Positions 46,146 to 60,317 are shown, counted from the first letter of the stretch. The stretch: 64,000 bases of DNA from the human T2T-CHM13v2.0 reference genome, Homo sapiens (GCF_009914755.1 NC_060941.1), one strand, 5' to 3'. Notes: generated from the sequence alone by a model not told the origin. Program-made: numbers and translations.

Positions 46146-48049
46146 CTGGAAGGGAAGGGTTGGTGGGAGTTTATTATTCGCTCAGCAAAAATTCTTCATG
46201 ATGCCACCAGCGGCCCAGCCTAGGCCCTGGGGAAGGTGCTCCCCACTTGTGGGCTGCTTCTGCTCCAGACATCTGATAGGCTAGTTTACCATCTTGGGGG
46301 CATGAGGCTGAATGGAATCCTTACCATTGCACACCTGGGTGCCCCCTATGGCAGTGAGAAGGCTCCCTGGTTTGATTGGCTGCTGGTTTGATCCCTCTTA
46401 GAGGTGCCCCTCATGTAACTGGACCTATATCTGAGTGGTCTGTAGCTTTGGGGCTGGATGGTCTGAGTCCTGACCTCTCTCTTGGGGGCCTCCCTCGGGG
46501 CTATGGTGCAGGAAGTGCAGCCCATGGCTAAGCCTGGGGCAGGGAGGACCCATGGCTGAGGCCAAGCAGAAACGGTAGAAGGCCTTAGAGCTCAGAGCCA
46601 GAGCTGGTCAGAGCTGCCCCAAGGACTTTTAGGGTTAAGCTGGACCCAGGGCAATGTAGTTGTGGGTCCCTAAGCGGGGAGGGGCTGAGCTGGCCGCACA
46701 TGAATCTTCAGGGTGGTTCCCAGGCTGTGGTGGGTGGGAGGCTGGGAGGGATGGGAGCAGGGCACCGCTAGCCAGGAGGCTGTGCCAGGAATTTGGGGAA
46801 GATTTGATAGGGCCACAACTAGGGGAGGAGAAACAGGGTGGAGAAGAGGCTGTGACGCTGAGACCTTCTGAAGCAAGGAGGGCTCTGGGGGTGCAAAGGG
46901 AACCACTTGCTGAGCACTTACTATAAACTAGGTGCTGTGCTGACTGCTTTGCCGGCAGGATCTCACTGAACTCGGATGACAGCCCCCTGCAGTCTGATCT
47001 GATGCAGATGCTTAGACAGGTTTAATATGTAACTTGCCCCCAGGCACACAGCCAGGAAGCCGGAGCCTTAGGATCCAGCCAGGCCAGCTGATGCCAGACC
47101 GTGGGCCCCTTCCACACTGCCCTCCCCTTCCCCACTTCCGTTCCACAGAGGCTGCAGGGGACCGGAGAATCAAAGCAAGATTTGTAGACAGTGTGTGGAA
47201 CAGAAATGGAATCCATATAGGGAGAAGGGGCTGGGATCCATTTTGGATTTGTTGATATTAAGTGGGTGGTGGTCACTCAATGGGCACCGTTTTCCAGGGC
47301 TGGAGGTGCTGATTTGGGGCCCAAGGCTGGATGGGGAAAGCTGGCGACACCTGCACCCATCAGCGAAGGCCTGAGCCCAGGAGTAGACTGAGTTTTGGAA
47401 GCAGAATGACCAACAGCCACAGAGGGGCTGCCCTCGGGCTATAGGAAAGAGAGGCAGAGTAGGGCAGTGGTTAAAAGTGCTTGGAGGGCAGCTCTGACAC
47501 TCAGCAGCTGTGGGACTTTGGTCTCTGGGCCTCAACTGCCTCAAATACAAAGTGCCTGACAGTGCCTGACACGTACCAGGCATACAATAGTCAGTAGCTA
47601 TAATGGGCACTATTGCTACTACCAACTTCATGGGGCTCCATACTCTATCCCTTTCGAATGGGATGGAGGGCCAATGATGCTTTGCTTGTACTTTGCCACC
47701 ACTGGGGAATAAGGGAGTAGATGTACAGAGCCTGTCCAGTTCTCCCCCTGCTGTGAGATGGGGGAAGCAGCTGTCTGCCTGGGAGAAGCTGGATTGGGCC
47801 AGGCAGTTCCTATGTTTGGAAGCACCTCCTGGTGTCTGCTGCATCCGTACTGGCTTCTGGCATGACTCTCAGAGAGAGGCTCGAGGCTCAGCTGGAGTGT
47901 CCTTGGATTTGGGAACTGACAGCATGTCCCAAGCCATGGAAAGGTGTGCAGTGAGTCACATCTTTCCTGCCCGGCCCCAGCATCTGGTTTTGTACTGCCG
48001 GTACAAGCCAGAGCAGCAGAACAACTTCCAATCAGTGAGCTGCTCTTAC

Positions 48050-48118
48050 CACATTCTCATCGTGGCTCCCTTCGTCCTCCTCTTTGCCAAGCAGGTCTAA
48101 TAGCTTCTCTTTGATCAG
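48050..48118 (-). CDS. ASIC2: ASIC2 coding exon (LIKEKLLDLLGKEEDEGSHDENV), 69 nt
   Basis: GCAG/GTAAGA boundaries, phase 0-0. Confidence 0.96.
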
Positions 48119-49681
48119 CTGCAAGAAAAGCAGGAAGGGGTTGGTCAGGCCGGGAAGAGGGTGCAGAGGCAGAAGGGACCTCCCTCCATTGGGCCCCACT
48201 GGGGTGGCAGCTGCTTGGGCTGTGGCTGAACATACCGTAGCACAAGCCCAGCCTGGCAGCCAGCTCCAGGTGCCTGTCTGTCTCAACCCAGCCTTTTGGC
48301 TGAAATGGGATTTTGTTGCAGGAGATGGAGCTAGGAATAGGTAATGGAAGGCCCTGCTTCACAGGGTGAACTGCTGTCTTTGTGGCTGGCGAGTGTTAGT
48401 AAGTGGTGTGTGCTGGTATGCTGGCTCCCTGTCTGTCCTCAGGAGCAGCCTTGGGACCCCCTTTCTGTGGCTGGGGCTGGGGGACAAGATTATTATTCAC
48501 TTGCTAGGCCTGACACTGCACACAATTCAGAAGACCAGGACATGCCTGAGTTCATAACATTTTACTCCTAGCAATAGAGGGTAGTTCTTAAATCTGTTAC
48601 CTGGTGTGATTCAATTGCCATAACTGTGTACAGTTTTCCACAAAAGTCAATAAACAAAGCAGAATAAAATCTGGCCATGGGAACTGATGTGGTTTTGGGG
48701 TCACTGTGCTGAGACGCATGAGATTCTCCAGAGGAGCCTGGTTACTGGGGCACGACAGGTCCCTACTGTGGTTCCGAGCAGCCTTTGGTCATGAACAGCC
48801 CCCTCCGAGAGACAGAACATGGTTCTGCAGGCTCCCGTCTACTGCTCCTGTTTGGGGGACTTCATAGGTCCAGGCATTCTTTGGAAGTTCTGGAGCCATT
48901 GCCATTTTCAGGGGCACACATTGGAGGTGAAGTGCATTGCCCATCTCACAGCCAGGGGGATGGAGGCCTCCAAGGGAACACCCGTCAAAACAGAGCCTGG
49001 GATAGTGGCATCCACAGGCTCGCTGTCAGAGAGAGATGCAGGTGAGAAGGCTGACCAGCTCTGGGAACCCTCATTGTCAGAGAAAGCTTTCAGAGGCCTC
49101 GTTCCAGCTGCCTCTTGAGGGAGACATTTCCCCAGACTGTCAGCAGCCGGGGCGGCTGGCGTGCCCTGCTGTCTTCTCGCTGAGGATTGGTGAGGACTGC
49201 TGGGAAGTGCCCCTTCCCTAAGACTGGCTGGGCCACAGAGGACATGACTCAGGTGATGGGCCACCTAGAGGGCAGGTGTGTGTGGGTGGAGGGAGTGTGT
49301 GTGCAGGTGTGGACATGCTCATGGATGAAGCCACCACCTCCAGCCCAGCTGCAGGAGGGGCTTGGAGCTGGCCTCAGCACAGTCTGGCCCCCTTCCCCTC
49401 ATCCCTCCCCATCCTTCCCTGCCAGTGTAGATGGCCCAGTGCTGTTCCAGCTCCCAGAGGATAGGCCTGTGTTTCTCTTACATCCACCGCCCCCCAAAAA
49501 CCTCCCATCCCCTTGCCCCACAGAGCCTGGGCTTCAGTGATCGACTCTATTGGTGGACAGGAGGGGAAGCAGGCTCTGCATGGAGAGAGGCACCGCCTTC
49601 CCTCTACCATGATTCTGAACCTGGGGCACGATGAGGGCACCAGCATGCGGTCATTTCCCTGTGGGGAATCCCAAATCTTAC

Positions 49682-49761
49682 CTCATAAATATAATCAAAG
49701 AGCTCTAGTATTGTAAGGATACTAGCACCAATGAACAATCCCATCTGACCACCAATATCAC
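49682..49761 (-). CDS. ASIC2: ASIC2 coding exon for TM2 ([27 protein letters not shown]), 80 nt
   Basis: DEG/ENaC TM2 with the GAS selectivity motif; AG/GTAAGA boundaries. Confidence 0.97.
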
Positions 49762-50384
49762 CTGGAGAGAGAGGGAAAAGACCAAAGCTTTGCTTTTATG
49801 CAGCTTCCAGGAAGGGTGAACAGACTGAGATGCAACCCAGACCTTCTGAATGGCGCCCCCTCCATGGGGAGCCTGGGCCTTGTTGTGGGAGGTCCAGGCC
49901 TTTGGCAGTTCCTTCCCTCACGGCACAGCTCTGAGAGCTACCATTTTTCAGCATTCAGTGGGGTCGGGGACTAAGCTGATGGCTTATTGGAAGGGCTTAG
50001 ACTAGATCTCATGACCCACAGGGCTAACGGGGTTGTTTGGTTACACTCAAAACCACACCGATTGGGTCCTGTTTTGACTCTGGGCTGGGAGTAGGGAGAA
50101 TAGAGAGCTAGGATGTGTGTGGACTGGTGACAGGTGCCCTGGGTGGGAGTCTCGGGAGGAGATGCTCCCCTAACCCAATCACGGCATGGGCTTCAGGGCC
50201 ACCTTAGGGCACCTCCCACCCTTGGGATAAGGCCATAGGTGTCTCCTCTCTCCCCCATCCAAAAGTTAGTGTGCAATTTTGACTCTTTCTAGAGCTGAGA
50301 TTCTTACTCTGGGGTTTATAGGCCCCCATTATTCAAAGTTTTCTGGATTTGTCTTCAGATACCCCTGCATCCAACTCTCCTGGA

Positions 50385-50530
50385 AGAATTGTAATCAGTG
50401 TTGCTGCCTGGATACACCTAGGCCAATAGAATCAGAGCCTCTGCGGTTGGGGTCTGGATGTCGGGATTTTTAAGTTCCCGCTGGGGGTAAGGTGCATTCT
50501 CGGGCCCACCAGAGTTTGAGAACCACTCTC
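50385..50530. mobile_element. MER5-like DNA transposon relic
   Basis: GAATCAGAGCCTCTG..GGGATTTTTAAGTTCCC..AGTTTGAGAACCACT pattern. Confidence 0.55.
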
Positions 50531-51861
50531 CTGGGAGGACTTCAGATGGCTGGAGACTCTCCTGAAATTGAATGCAAAATGTATGTGTGCCTGGGCATTT
50601 GTAGCAGGAGAGTCCATAGCTATTATCAGTTTTTAACAGGGGTTCTGAGTCCTCAAAAGCTTAAGATGCTTTGCTGCAGAGGCAGTGTGGCAGAGCCGAG
50701 GGCTCTGAGGCTCTGAGTCCAGAGAGTGGCCACCAGCTGGTTGTGTGGCTTTCATAAGCCCTGACCTTCTCAGGAGCTTTGTCTCCAAAGGATATTTGGT
50801 GGTGGTGGCAGGATGGAGGGGGTTGGATGAGATGAACTATGAAGTTCTTTCCAGCCCTAATCTCTAAGACTCTCAGTCTCTGGAAAGAGGTTTGGGAATT
50901 GGGTTTGGGGGGCACAGTTGGGGGTGGCAGGACAGTTCTCTTGGAGATGCCAGCTTGACCTCTTGGCCTGAGAACTCTCTGGTAGGCAGATCTGCCCCAC
51001 TCCTTCTCAGCTTATGGCTGGGTGGGGTCCAGCACCCACATGCCCGGGTGAACAACAGAGATGGTGGGGAGAAGGCTCTTCCCAGTGGAACGCGGTGCTG
51101 GCCTCAAACTGGCTCTCCCTCATTCCTTTCCCATCACCGCTCCCTCTCATGTCTTTAATGGAGGCTTCTTGGGGACTGTGTTCTAATGGATATATATGTC
51201 GGGGGAGGTGTGTGATGTACGTGTGCAGTGTGAGTCTGTAGTGGTATAGTGTGGGGTATATGCCAGGGTCTGGGGTGTGTGCACGTATTTGTATAAAAGC
51301 AGGCAGGAGGTCTGGCTGTCTATGGTTTTATGTAGGTGGCTCTCCCTGTCTAGGCACCCTGAGTGTGTCTAAGTGTGTGTGAGTGTGGGTCTGTGGAGGT
51401 GAGCAGAGTGTGTCGAGCGTGTGTAGTGTGGGTGTGCTTGTGTGTGTATATGGGGGTGTGTGGGGGCTGTGTGCATGGATGTGTCTCTAGCTGTGTGATT
51501 GGAACGTGGGGCTGTAGAGGTGTGCATTTGTGTGTGTGGTCCTGGACCACCGTGGGTGCATGAACCTGTAGGTTTGGTGCATGTGCATGCAGACTGGGGT
51601 GGGGTATGCTGTGGGTAGTGTGTGTAGCGTGCACGTGCATGGACACCAGGAGGTGAGAAAGGGCCGTGCGGTGCTGAGAGAAGGGCCTGATGGGACCTGA
51701 TGGCTGAGGGTTTGCAAGCGGCACACGCTCTCATCACAGGAGGTCCAGATGGCAGCATGAGCTCCTCAGCCGGCTATTCTGGATGGGAACACGATCGATG
51801 CTGAACAAACTCATCCTCATATCTGACGCAGACATGACAAATTCAGAGCTCAGGCCCTTCT

Positions 51862-51970
51862 TGCTCTGTATGTCTCTCTCTCTCTCTCTCTCTGTGAAAG
51901 AGAGGGATCTGTGTGAGAGAGAGAGAGAGAGAAAGAAAGAGACGCACATAGAGCAGAGAGACAGAGAAAG
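51862..51970. repeat. Inverted (TC)n...(GA)n microsatellite pair
   Basis: (TC)10 at 51873-51893 faces (GA)n at 51915-51941, with complementary outer flanks. Confidence 0.85.
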
Positions 51971-53198
51971 ACTGTGAGCCTATGCTGGGGGAGGGCAGGG
52001 GGTAGGAAGAGGCCTGTCCTGGGTCCTCTTTATGGAAATAAAGGGCAAGGCCAGCATAGGGGTGAGTGAGGGGTCTATGTCTCTGCTGGGGCCAAGGGAA
52101 TGAGTCTCTTGGCTCAGTACCTTTGGCCACAATGACTTCTGAGGCTGAGTGACAGCCACTTTAACCCAGCTGGGACCGAGCTATGGTGGGGAGTCCCCAG
52201 CCTCCTGGAGAAAGTGTAGAAATGCTTAGCCAGCCCCTGGACACACCAGCTGAGCCCTGGGTCCCTGGCATAGTGATTGTCCAGGTGCCAGAAACTACTA
52301 TTTATGGACCTTTTCTGGGCTAGGGGGTTATCATGTTTAACCATCACAACAAGCTCATAAAGTGGGTTTTATTAAACCCATCTTGCAGATGAAGAACCTG
52401 AGGTTCAGCAAGGTAAAGCTACTTGCCCATATTCTCATAGCTGGTGTGAGAAGCCAGGTAGGAGGCACCTGCCCCTTCCAAAATGCTAACGTCACCTGGT
52501 TCAGCTCAGGGAGACAACAGCTATTTCTCTTTCTGGTTTACAGGCATCAGATCCTTTCTTGAGAGTGAGTGGGAGCTGAGAGAAGGGCTTTAGAGTCAAG
52601 TCCCTTAACTGTGCACTCTCAGGGGTCTTGTGAGTTTTGGGTTGGGCTGGGTTAGGATGGAAATTAGCTGCCTGTATCCATCAGATGCCACTGGAGCCGG
52701 GGAGCTCATGCGAACTTTTGTGGGGTGGCAGCAGGTTTGTAGATACCTGGGGAGAGTGGCCCTTCATTTGTGTTTGACAAATGACTCTCAGTCCAGGGGG
52801 CAACACCTGGCCTTCTGGATGCAGCAATGTTGCTTTTGGGGTGAAGTTCCATCAGGGCCCTCACCTCCCAGGTCCCACCTTTGACCACCCACAGTTCAGC
52901 CTTCCCTCCTTCTCTCCTTCTGATACCTCTGCCCCCTCTCCATGGCCCCAGGATCCTGACTGCAAGCTGGGGCAGAAGACCATGAATTCCAAGAGTGCAG
53001 GGTTAGAAAGGCCCAGAGAGACATTTAGGCTGACCGTCCTCATTGCATAGATGGGGAAAATGAAGCCAAGATTGGGGAATAAATTGGGCCTGAAATTCCA
53101 CCCCACTGCTGGGGTTCTTTCCATTCTGGGAGAGGAGCAGTGCAAGGAAACAGGGAGTAATTATTAGTAAATCAAAAGGTTAGACTCCTCCGAGGCTA

Positions 53199-53432
<234 letters not shown>

Positions 53433-54344
53433 TCACAGGGAGCATCTAATACAGCTTTCCCATGGAAAGATGGAGAAAAGGAGGCCCAGGAAGTGAGGCA
53501 GCTTGCCCAAAGTTAGAGCTGGTTAGTGGCAGAGCTGCGGCTTCAAGCCAAGAAGCCTGACTCCCAGCCCGGGTCTGGAGGCCTACATCAGTTGCCTCCT
53601 TTTGTTGCTTATTTCTGTCTCCCTGCTTTCTCTTTGCACCCTATGCAGGAGTCCTGCCTGGCTTCCAGGCCTCTGCGCCTCCAAAGGGCCTGCCTCGTCC
53701 TCAACATGAAGGTGAGTTTCATTAATCTTCTGACAAGGCTTGTCTTGGCTAGGGTGCCTGCTCCAGCTGACCTCATGGGCAGCCCCTGCCCACTCCTGAG
53801 GCCCCCTAAATTCCCACTGGTATTTATAACAAGCTCCTCCTGTTGGGAGGCCCTGCTCTGGCATTATCAAGTCAATTGCCAGAAGTCAAAGAAAGTTTGT
53901 AGGGAGCAAACTTACATCTGGCTGGGGGGTGTTCTGGCAGAAGCACCGCGGCTTGCTTTGCTCCTTTGGGCAGGTGTGTGAGTGAGACACATCTCGGCAG
54001 TAAAAGTCGTTACTGCCTGCAGACTGTCTGCCAAGCAGCAGGGACTGGCATCCCCTACAATTCCTGTCTCCTCCAATGTGCCCACAATTCCTCCAGTGCC
54101 CCTTGTTCTCAACCCACTGAGCAGAAGCTGGCCCAGGATGGGGTCTGGGGACAGTGTTGGCAAGAGGGAGGGGCTGGCGAAGAGAGGAGCAGATTCTTCT
54201 TTCTGTGAGCAGGGCTCGCAGGGCAGCTGTTCAAAGTATCACCTTCTCTTGCTTGGCTTGCCACAGCTGTTTCCTAACAGTTCCCTTCTTCCCATCTGCC
54301 TTTCCCCCGTCTTCTCTATCGCCGCCTGAAGGATCTTTCTAAAA

Positions 54345-54510
54345 CTGCTAACTTGATTCAAATTAAATAAAATTACAGTTCCACTCCCCAGTCACAGGCT
54401 GCATTTCAAATGCTCGTTGGCCACATGTGGCTAGCAGCTACCCCACTGGGCATTGCGGACACAGAACATTTCCATCATCACACAGCATTCGTCCTATTGG
54501 GGAGCAGTGG
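54345..54510. mobile_element. MER3-like hAT-Charlie relic
   Basis: CATTTCAAATGCTC..GCCACATGTGGCTAG..AGAACATTTCCATCATCACAG core. Confidence 0.65.
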
Positions 54511-54994
54511 GCAAAAATGCAAATTTGAGTCTGTCACTCACCTCTGAAAGCTCTTCAGGGGATCCCTAGTCTGTTAGGATAAAGCCCACCCCCTGCACCC
54601 ACTCGGCTCAGCCTACAAGACCCTCTTGCTCTGACATATCCATGTTCCCCTTTGAAGTTTTCTCTTCTGCCCTGTGCTGATGGTCTCTGCTGAGCTTCTG
54701 CCTAGGACACCCACTTCTCCCATGCTTCCATTCATTTATTCTGTTAAAACACATTTTTTTGAGTACCAACTCTGTGCCATATGCTCCACTAGAACTTGGC
54801 AGACAACAGAGAACAAAAAAGATAGTTTCCTGCCCTCAGGGGCTTTCAGTCTAGTGGGGCAGACAGGTAACAAACAAGGAAACACAACATGAATATGTAA
54901 TTACACACTGTGGTGTTATAAAGGAAAACACCAGAGGACTTTGAGAGAAAAATAACAGGAGAGCACCTCATCTAGATGCCTGGGATAACCTCAA

Positions 54995-55145
54995 TTTTAT
55001 TTTTATTTTTATTTTTTATTTGTTTTAGAGACAGGGTCTAACTACGTTACCCAGGCTGAGCTTGAACTCCTGGCCTGAAGCAATCCTCCTGCCTTGGCCT
55101 CCCAAAGCATTGGGATTACAGGCATGAGCCACCATGTCTGGCTGG
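54995..55145 (-). mobile_element. Alu monomer (FLAM or left-arm fragment)
   Basis: Single reverse Alu arm with a T-rich tail. Confidence 0.85.
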
Positions 55146-55279
55146 AGATGACATTTAAATGGAGACCTGCTTAAGGAGGAACCAGTTAGGTGGAGGCTGG
55201 GAGGAAAAGAATTCTAGGCAGAGGGAATAGAACGTGCAAGGTCTGCCTGGAAAACTATACATCCTTTAAAAAAATCTCT

Positions 55280-55686
<407 letters not shown>

Positions 55687-55935
55687 CTATATACCATTCA
55701 GTGTGTGCTTGTCTCTCCATAAGACTGCAAGCTCCTTAAGGGCAGGGGCTGTGTCTTACTCATCTTTGTCTTTGTATTCTGAACATGGAGCGCAGAGCGT
55801 GACACACAGAGGGTGTTCAACTAATGTTTGCTAACTTGAACCAAATGCTTATCTTTGCTTTCCTCCTTGATTGCCTCCAATTTCCTCCTTATCCAGTTCC
55901 CCCTTCCCCCTGCCTACCATGCCCACTAAACTTAC

Positions 55936-56089
55936 GAGATATATTTTTCTGATTTGTTAAATTTCTTCTCAAGGTACTTGGCTGATGTCTTGCTGGGGAT
56001 CTTCACCATGGAGAGCTCTTTGTTGTAGCGGGTTAGGTTGCAGGGTGTCCTGCAGAGACAGTAATTGCTGTCCTTTTCCGCCAACAGAC
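55936..56089 (-). CDS. ASIC2: ASIC2 coding exon ([50 protein letters not shown]), 154 nt
   Basis: CCAG/GTAAGT boundaries, frame continuity. Confidence 0.97.
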
Positions 56090-56655
56090 CTGGAGGGGAG
56101 AGTGAGGTGGGGCTTAGTCAGGTGTGGGCACTGGGATTTCTAAGGGTCCAGAGTAGCTGGATTGTAGCAGCTGAGAAATGAGCTGGGAAGGGGCACTGGT
56201 CTGGGGAAAGTGAGGGGCAGGGATTGTGGAGAGAGGGGAACTGGGCTTTTGCTGTAGGTTGATCTTGTTTTCCTTCTGCTTCTTTTAACTGTCATGTCAC
56301 TCTTTAAAAATTGTTGAAATGGGACCACTTTTGCAGAGGTCTCCAAGAGAGTCCTGGTGTCCTCAGCTTCTCATGGCTTTCTTCCCTGCTCCCAGCCTCA
56401 GTATTCTCATCCACAGAGAATGATCCACCATCAAAGCAAATGTAGGAGACCATTTTATCTGAAACCCAGGGCTCTGTGCTCTTCCTGCTGGGGCTCCCTC
56501 ATAGCCAGTGCCCCACCTTCTCTGCCTGGTGGGTTAGGATGCAGGCAAAGTTCCTTCATTTCTTTCCCTGGAGGCAACTCCCTGCATCTGGAACCCTTCC
56601 TGCCCTCTCCTCTCTTCTTCCAATTAGACATAAAGTTTAAGGCATCATTTCCCTC

Positions 56656-57058
56656 TGACAAAGACTTTCTCCCTGATCAAACTTAGCCAGGCTCTTCAGA
56701 ACCCTGTTCTCAACTAGGCCTTGACCTTGGCCCCCATCCATGCTGGGCGGGCCTAGCCCAGTTTTAGCAAGAATCCTGCTAAAGTCAGTTTAGAGAGAAT
56801 CCCCCACCCTTGATATCTGATCACCCTGGCCTGCCTTTGCAGATTTCCCCCTAACTTTGATGTTTTCTCTGGGTAATTTTCCATCTACTGAGTCCTCGCT
56901 CTGCTTGATGGCTATGAATCTCCAGCTGTCTTGGCTGAATTCTCAGTTGAGTCCCATCTGTTTCCCCTGTTGTGATACTCTTGACACCTGTTGCAATTGC
57001 CCTGAATAAAGACTTCCTTACCATTTTAACTAGTGTCAGAGTGATTTTTTCTTTAACA
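56656..57058 (+). mobile_element. Solo ERV1 LTR (MER31-like), antisense to ASIC2
   Basis: TGACAAAGAC...CTTTAACA; AATAAA at 57005-57010; 4-bp TSD CCTC at 56652-56655 and 57059-57062. Confidence 0.82.
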
Positions 57059-58000
57059 CCTCCCTCCCTTTTTCCTCTAGCCACCTCAGTGTTTCCAGCT
57101 ACCCTGGGTTTTGCTGAGTCTTTGCACACATCAGAAGTCACTCCCTCTCCTCTCAGCCTGCCCTCCCTCTCTAGTCCTCCTGGAGGTATCTGGACCTGAG
57201 GCCAGCACTGCCTCACTTAGCTCCAGCAAGTGCAGATGCTGAACGAACTTGAGGGCACATTGTTTAAAAAGTCTGCTTGTCTTGATTATAAGCCATTTCC
57301 TGGGTCCAGAGAGAGGCAAGCATGCAGAGTGGGCCTAGCTTTGGGGCTGCAGCTTGTTTGTGCACTCTCCCTCCCTCCTAGTTTTCCAGCTGGGGAACCA
57401 GCAGAGGTCTTCTAACTGGCAGACCCCCCGCAGGCCCCTCAGGCAGGAGGAAGAAGTGTGCTTTGTGTTTTCCATTTGCATGCATGGAATGCAAACCTGA
57501 CTTTACCTCTCCAGCCCTCCTCCACCTCCCCTAGGCTCAATGGAGCAGAAGAAAGATGGTACTTCAGAATCACCTTGGCCTCCCCATGTAGACACCATCA
57601 GAGTGTGTGAGGGGAGGTATTGCCAAGCTCCTCTGATGCCTACCTGGCTGCCCACTGTCTATCCTCTCTCCACCTCTGTCCTCTCCCCTGCATTCCTTAG
57701 CACCCTCTGTTTCCCCTGAAACCCACTCCTTCTCCATCTCCACCTTCCATATCTCTTTCTCTCCCCAGTCCCATTTCCAGCCCTCATCCTCTTGCACCAG
57801 TTCCCTTCCCAACCTTCTCTTCTTCCTCCTCTCCATCTCCCTCTCCCATCCCTGCAGCAACTCCACCCGACCAGCCCCTTTCTTCTCATCCTCTCTCCAT
57901 TCCTTCTTCCACTTGATCTTTCCCCAAACCCAGATGATTTCCATGATCTCAGTCTCAGGCCCCCGGCCCCCATGATTCCATCTGTCCCCTGAGTACTGAC

Positions 58001-58057
58001 CTAGGGCAGGCTCTGCACACTCCTTGTGCTGCTCAGGGGTACAAAAAGGGGCATCCC
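58001..58057 (-). CDS. ASIC2: ASIC2 coding exon (GDAPFCTPEQHKECAEPALG), 57 nt
   Basis: TGCAG/GTCAGT boundaries; thumb-domain cysteines. Confidence 0.96.
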   Translation of the reverse strand, partial: GMPLFVPLSSTRSVQSLP

Positions 58058-59029
58058 CTGCAAAGAAGAAACACCAGACAGAGTTACTCAGGCAGGAACA
58101 TTCATGTCAGCAACACCTCCTCTGCTTTGGGCTTAGGGAAAGGGGTGCCTCCTGGCAGTTGAAGGGGCAGCGGCCTGCCAGTGGGCAGTTCGAAGGGAGC
58201 CTTGGATCACAGTGCACCCCAGAGCTGGAAGGCTGGCTTCTGATCTGCTATGTAAGCTTGGGCAGGCTGTTCACCTCGTTGAGCAGGAGACAGTAGGATC
58301 TGTATGGCTAACTTCTCCCATGTTTCTGTGTAGGTCCAGCCAGCTCCCGTGGGTGACAGGTGGGCTCACCTTGAGGATTGAGACTAGGGAGGTGGTGGTA
58401 AGCACCTTGTAAGCCTGGCTATACATCATCTTCTTTAACCCATACAGGCACCCTTTGAAGTCAGAAGTACTGTGTCTGTTTTACCCATGATAATTTTGAG
58501 GCTTAAGCATCCTGCCTTCCCAGGACACCAAGGCTAGTAGTGATGGAAGTGGGCTTTGAACAGAGGTCAGTCTGATCCAGAGCCTGGAGCTCTTCTCAGC
58601 ACAACCACACTGCTGTATGGGAACAAGGGTTGTTTTGTGTTTCTTCATTGCTTTGTTCATAATTCCACATTAGTAACTGAGATGTCAGTATTAGTGTCAT
58701 GGGTGTGATTGACACCTCTACTGCTTGCCTTTGGCTAAGGGTTGGTGGGGAAAACCTCACTGGCTGGTGGCCTAGTCTGAGCATCAGGTGAGTAATATTC
58801 CCCAGTACTGGATTCTCCTTGCTGGGATCTCTTTGTAGAAACCCAGGATCTTTTCTTTTCCTTTACCAAGCTCTAAAGTTAAAGTCCACCATGTTTTTTT
58901 CCTTATCATTTTCCCCAAATCCTTTTTCGGAGCCGAAGAGTCAATATGCTTTCTCCTTTCCAAAAACAACAGATTAAATGACATGTTTCCCTGTTTGCTC
59001 TGTTTTCTAGGAAGCTCAGAGGCCATTTT

Positions 59030-59372
59030 ATTATTATTCGTATTTAAAACATACAAATTTATTATTATGTTACAGTTTAGCAGGTCAGAAGTCAGATATA
59101 GGTCTCATTGGTCCAGAATCAAGGTGTTGGGTGGGAGGCCAATGTTCTTTTTGAAGGCTGTAGGGGAGAATTCATTTCCTCGCCTTTCCCAGCTTCCAGA
59201 GGTCACCCCCACATTCACTGGCAACCCACATGCATCGACTACCCACATTCTTCCATCTTCAAAGTGAACAAGTTTGCATCTCCCTGACCCTTCTTTCATA
59301 GTCATATCTCCCTCTGACCCTGGCTGGAAAAGGGGGGTTGATTTTGAGGACTCTGATTAGATTTGGGCCCAC
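59030..59372 (-). mobile_element. MLT1-type MaLR LTR fragment
   Basis: CAAATTTATT..TTACAGTTT..GGTCAGAAGTC..AAGGTGTTGG..GGGGAGAATTCATTTCC..TTTCCCAGCTTCCAGAGG pattern. Confidence 0.65.
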
Positions 59373-60317
59373 CTTTCAGCACAGATTATCACAGAAAACA
59401 ATTGGTAATGAACCAAATGTCCAGTATAAGGATTTAGTTAAGTAAAATTGAATAAAGTATGATATAACCATGAAATAACAGCTACTAAATATAATAACAA
59501 CATTCCCGGCACATAGTAGGTCTTTAGTCAGCATGACTTTTGGTTCCCTCTTTCAATATGCTAAATAACAACCACTGACTTTTATAGTTTACAAAATATT
59601 TTTATATCCTAGCCTAATTTTCACCTTATAACAGCTGCTGATTGTGTTTTAAAGTTCATAAACGTGAGAACAGAGAGGTTTAGTAACCAGGTCATACAGT
59701 AAATGAGTGGAAGAGCCTGAATTAGAAACCAAGGCCCCACTCATGTGTCCTTGCTGCAACACTGCGCTCTTCCTCCCCAGATCAGCTTTCCACTCTGCAC
59801 TTCAGCCTCTGATAAGCCAACTGTGTGAGATGGCCACATGCATTGTTAGTCTGACAACAGAGGTGTCATTATGTGCACATTTATTTGCTGGCCAATAGAC
59901 TTTTGCCTCATTTGAAGGAGTGCTAGACATTTGGACACAAAAAGTGAAACATCTGGATGAAAGAAACATCTGGATGCTCAAACATGTACTACACGAGCTG
60001 CAAGAATTGCAAGCATCCAGTTATCTGGAAGCTAAACTCTCAGAGGTAAGAACAGCAGACAACTGGCAAACATTGAACACTGGGATGAACATTCCCCAAA
60101 CACTGGATGCTTCTGGATACCAGGATGCTGCCTTGGTTGCTGGACCAGAAGTTTCCACCTGCCCTCTTAATAGGCACCAAATAACAGAGTCTTCCCAGAA
60201 CATCATCCTTTTGGATCCCAGCGAAGTGGGTGAAGTGTTTCCCATTAGGATGAGAAATGCAAGGTGGGTCCCAGGCAGATCCCAGGGGCCCTGTGGCCAC
60301 CCTGCCCTGGCACTGAC

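Noticed and set aside
47170-47844. 224-aa minus-strand ORF in the last ASIC2 intron
   Set aside because: No recognisable domain, overlaps MIR-like sequence and lacks supporting splice structure
51190-51640. GT-rich degenerate region giving His/Thr-rich ORFs
   Set aside because: Decayed (GT)n low-complexity sequence
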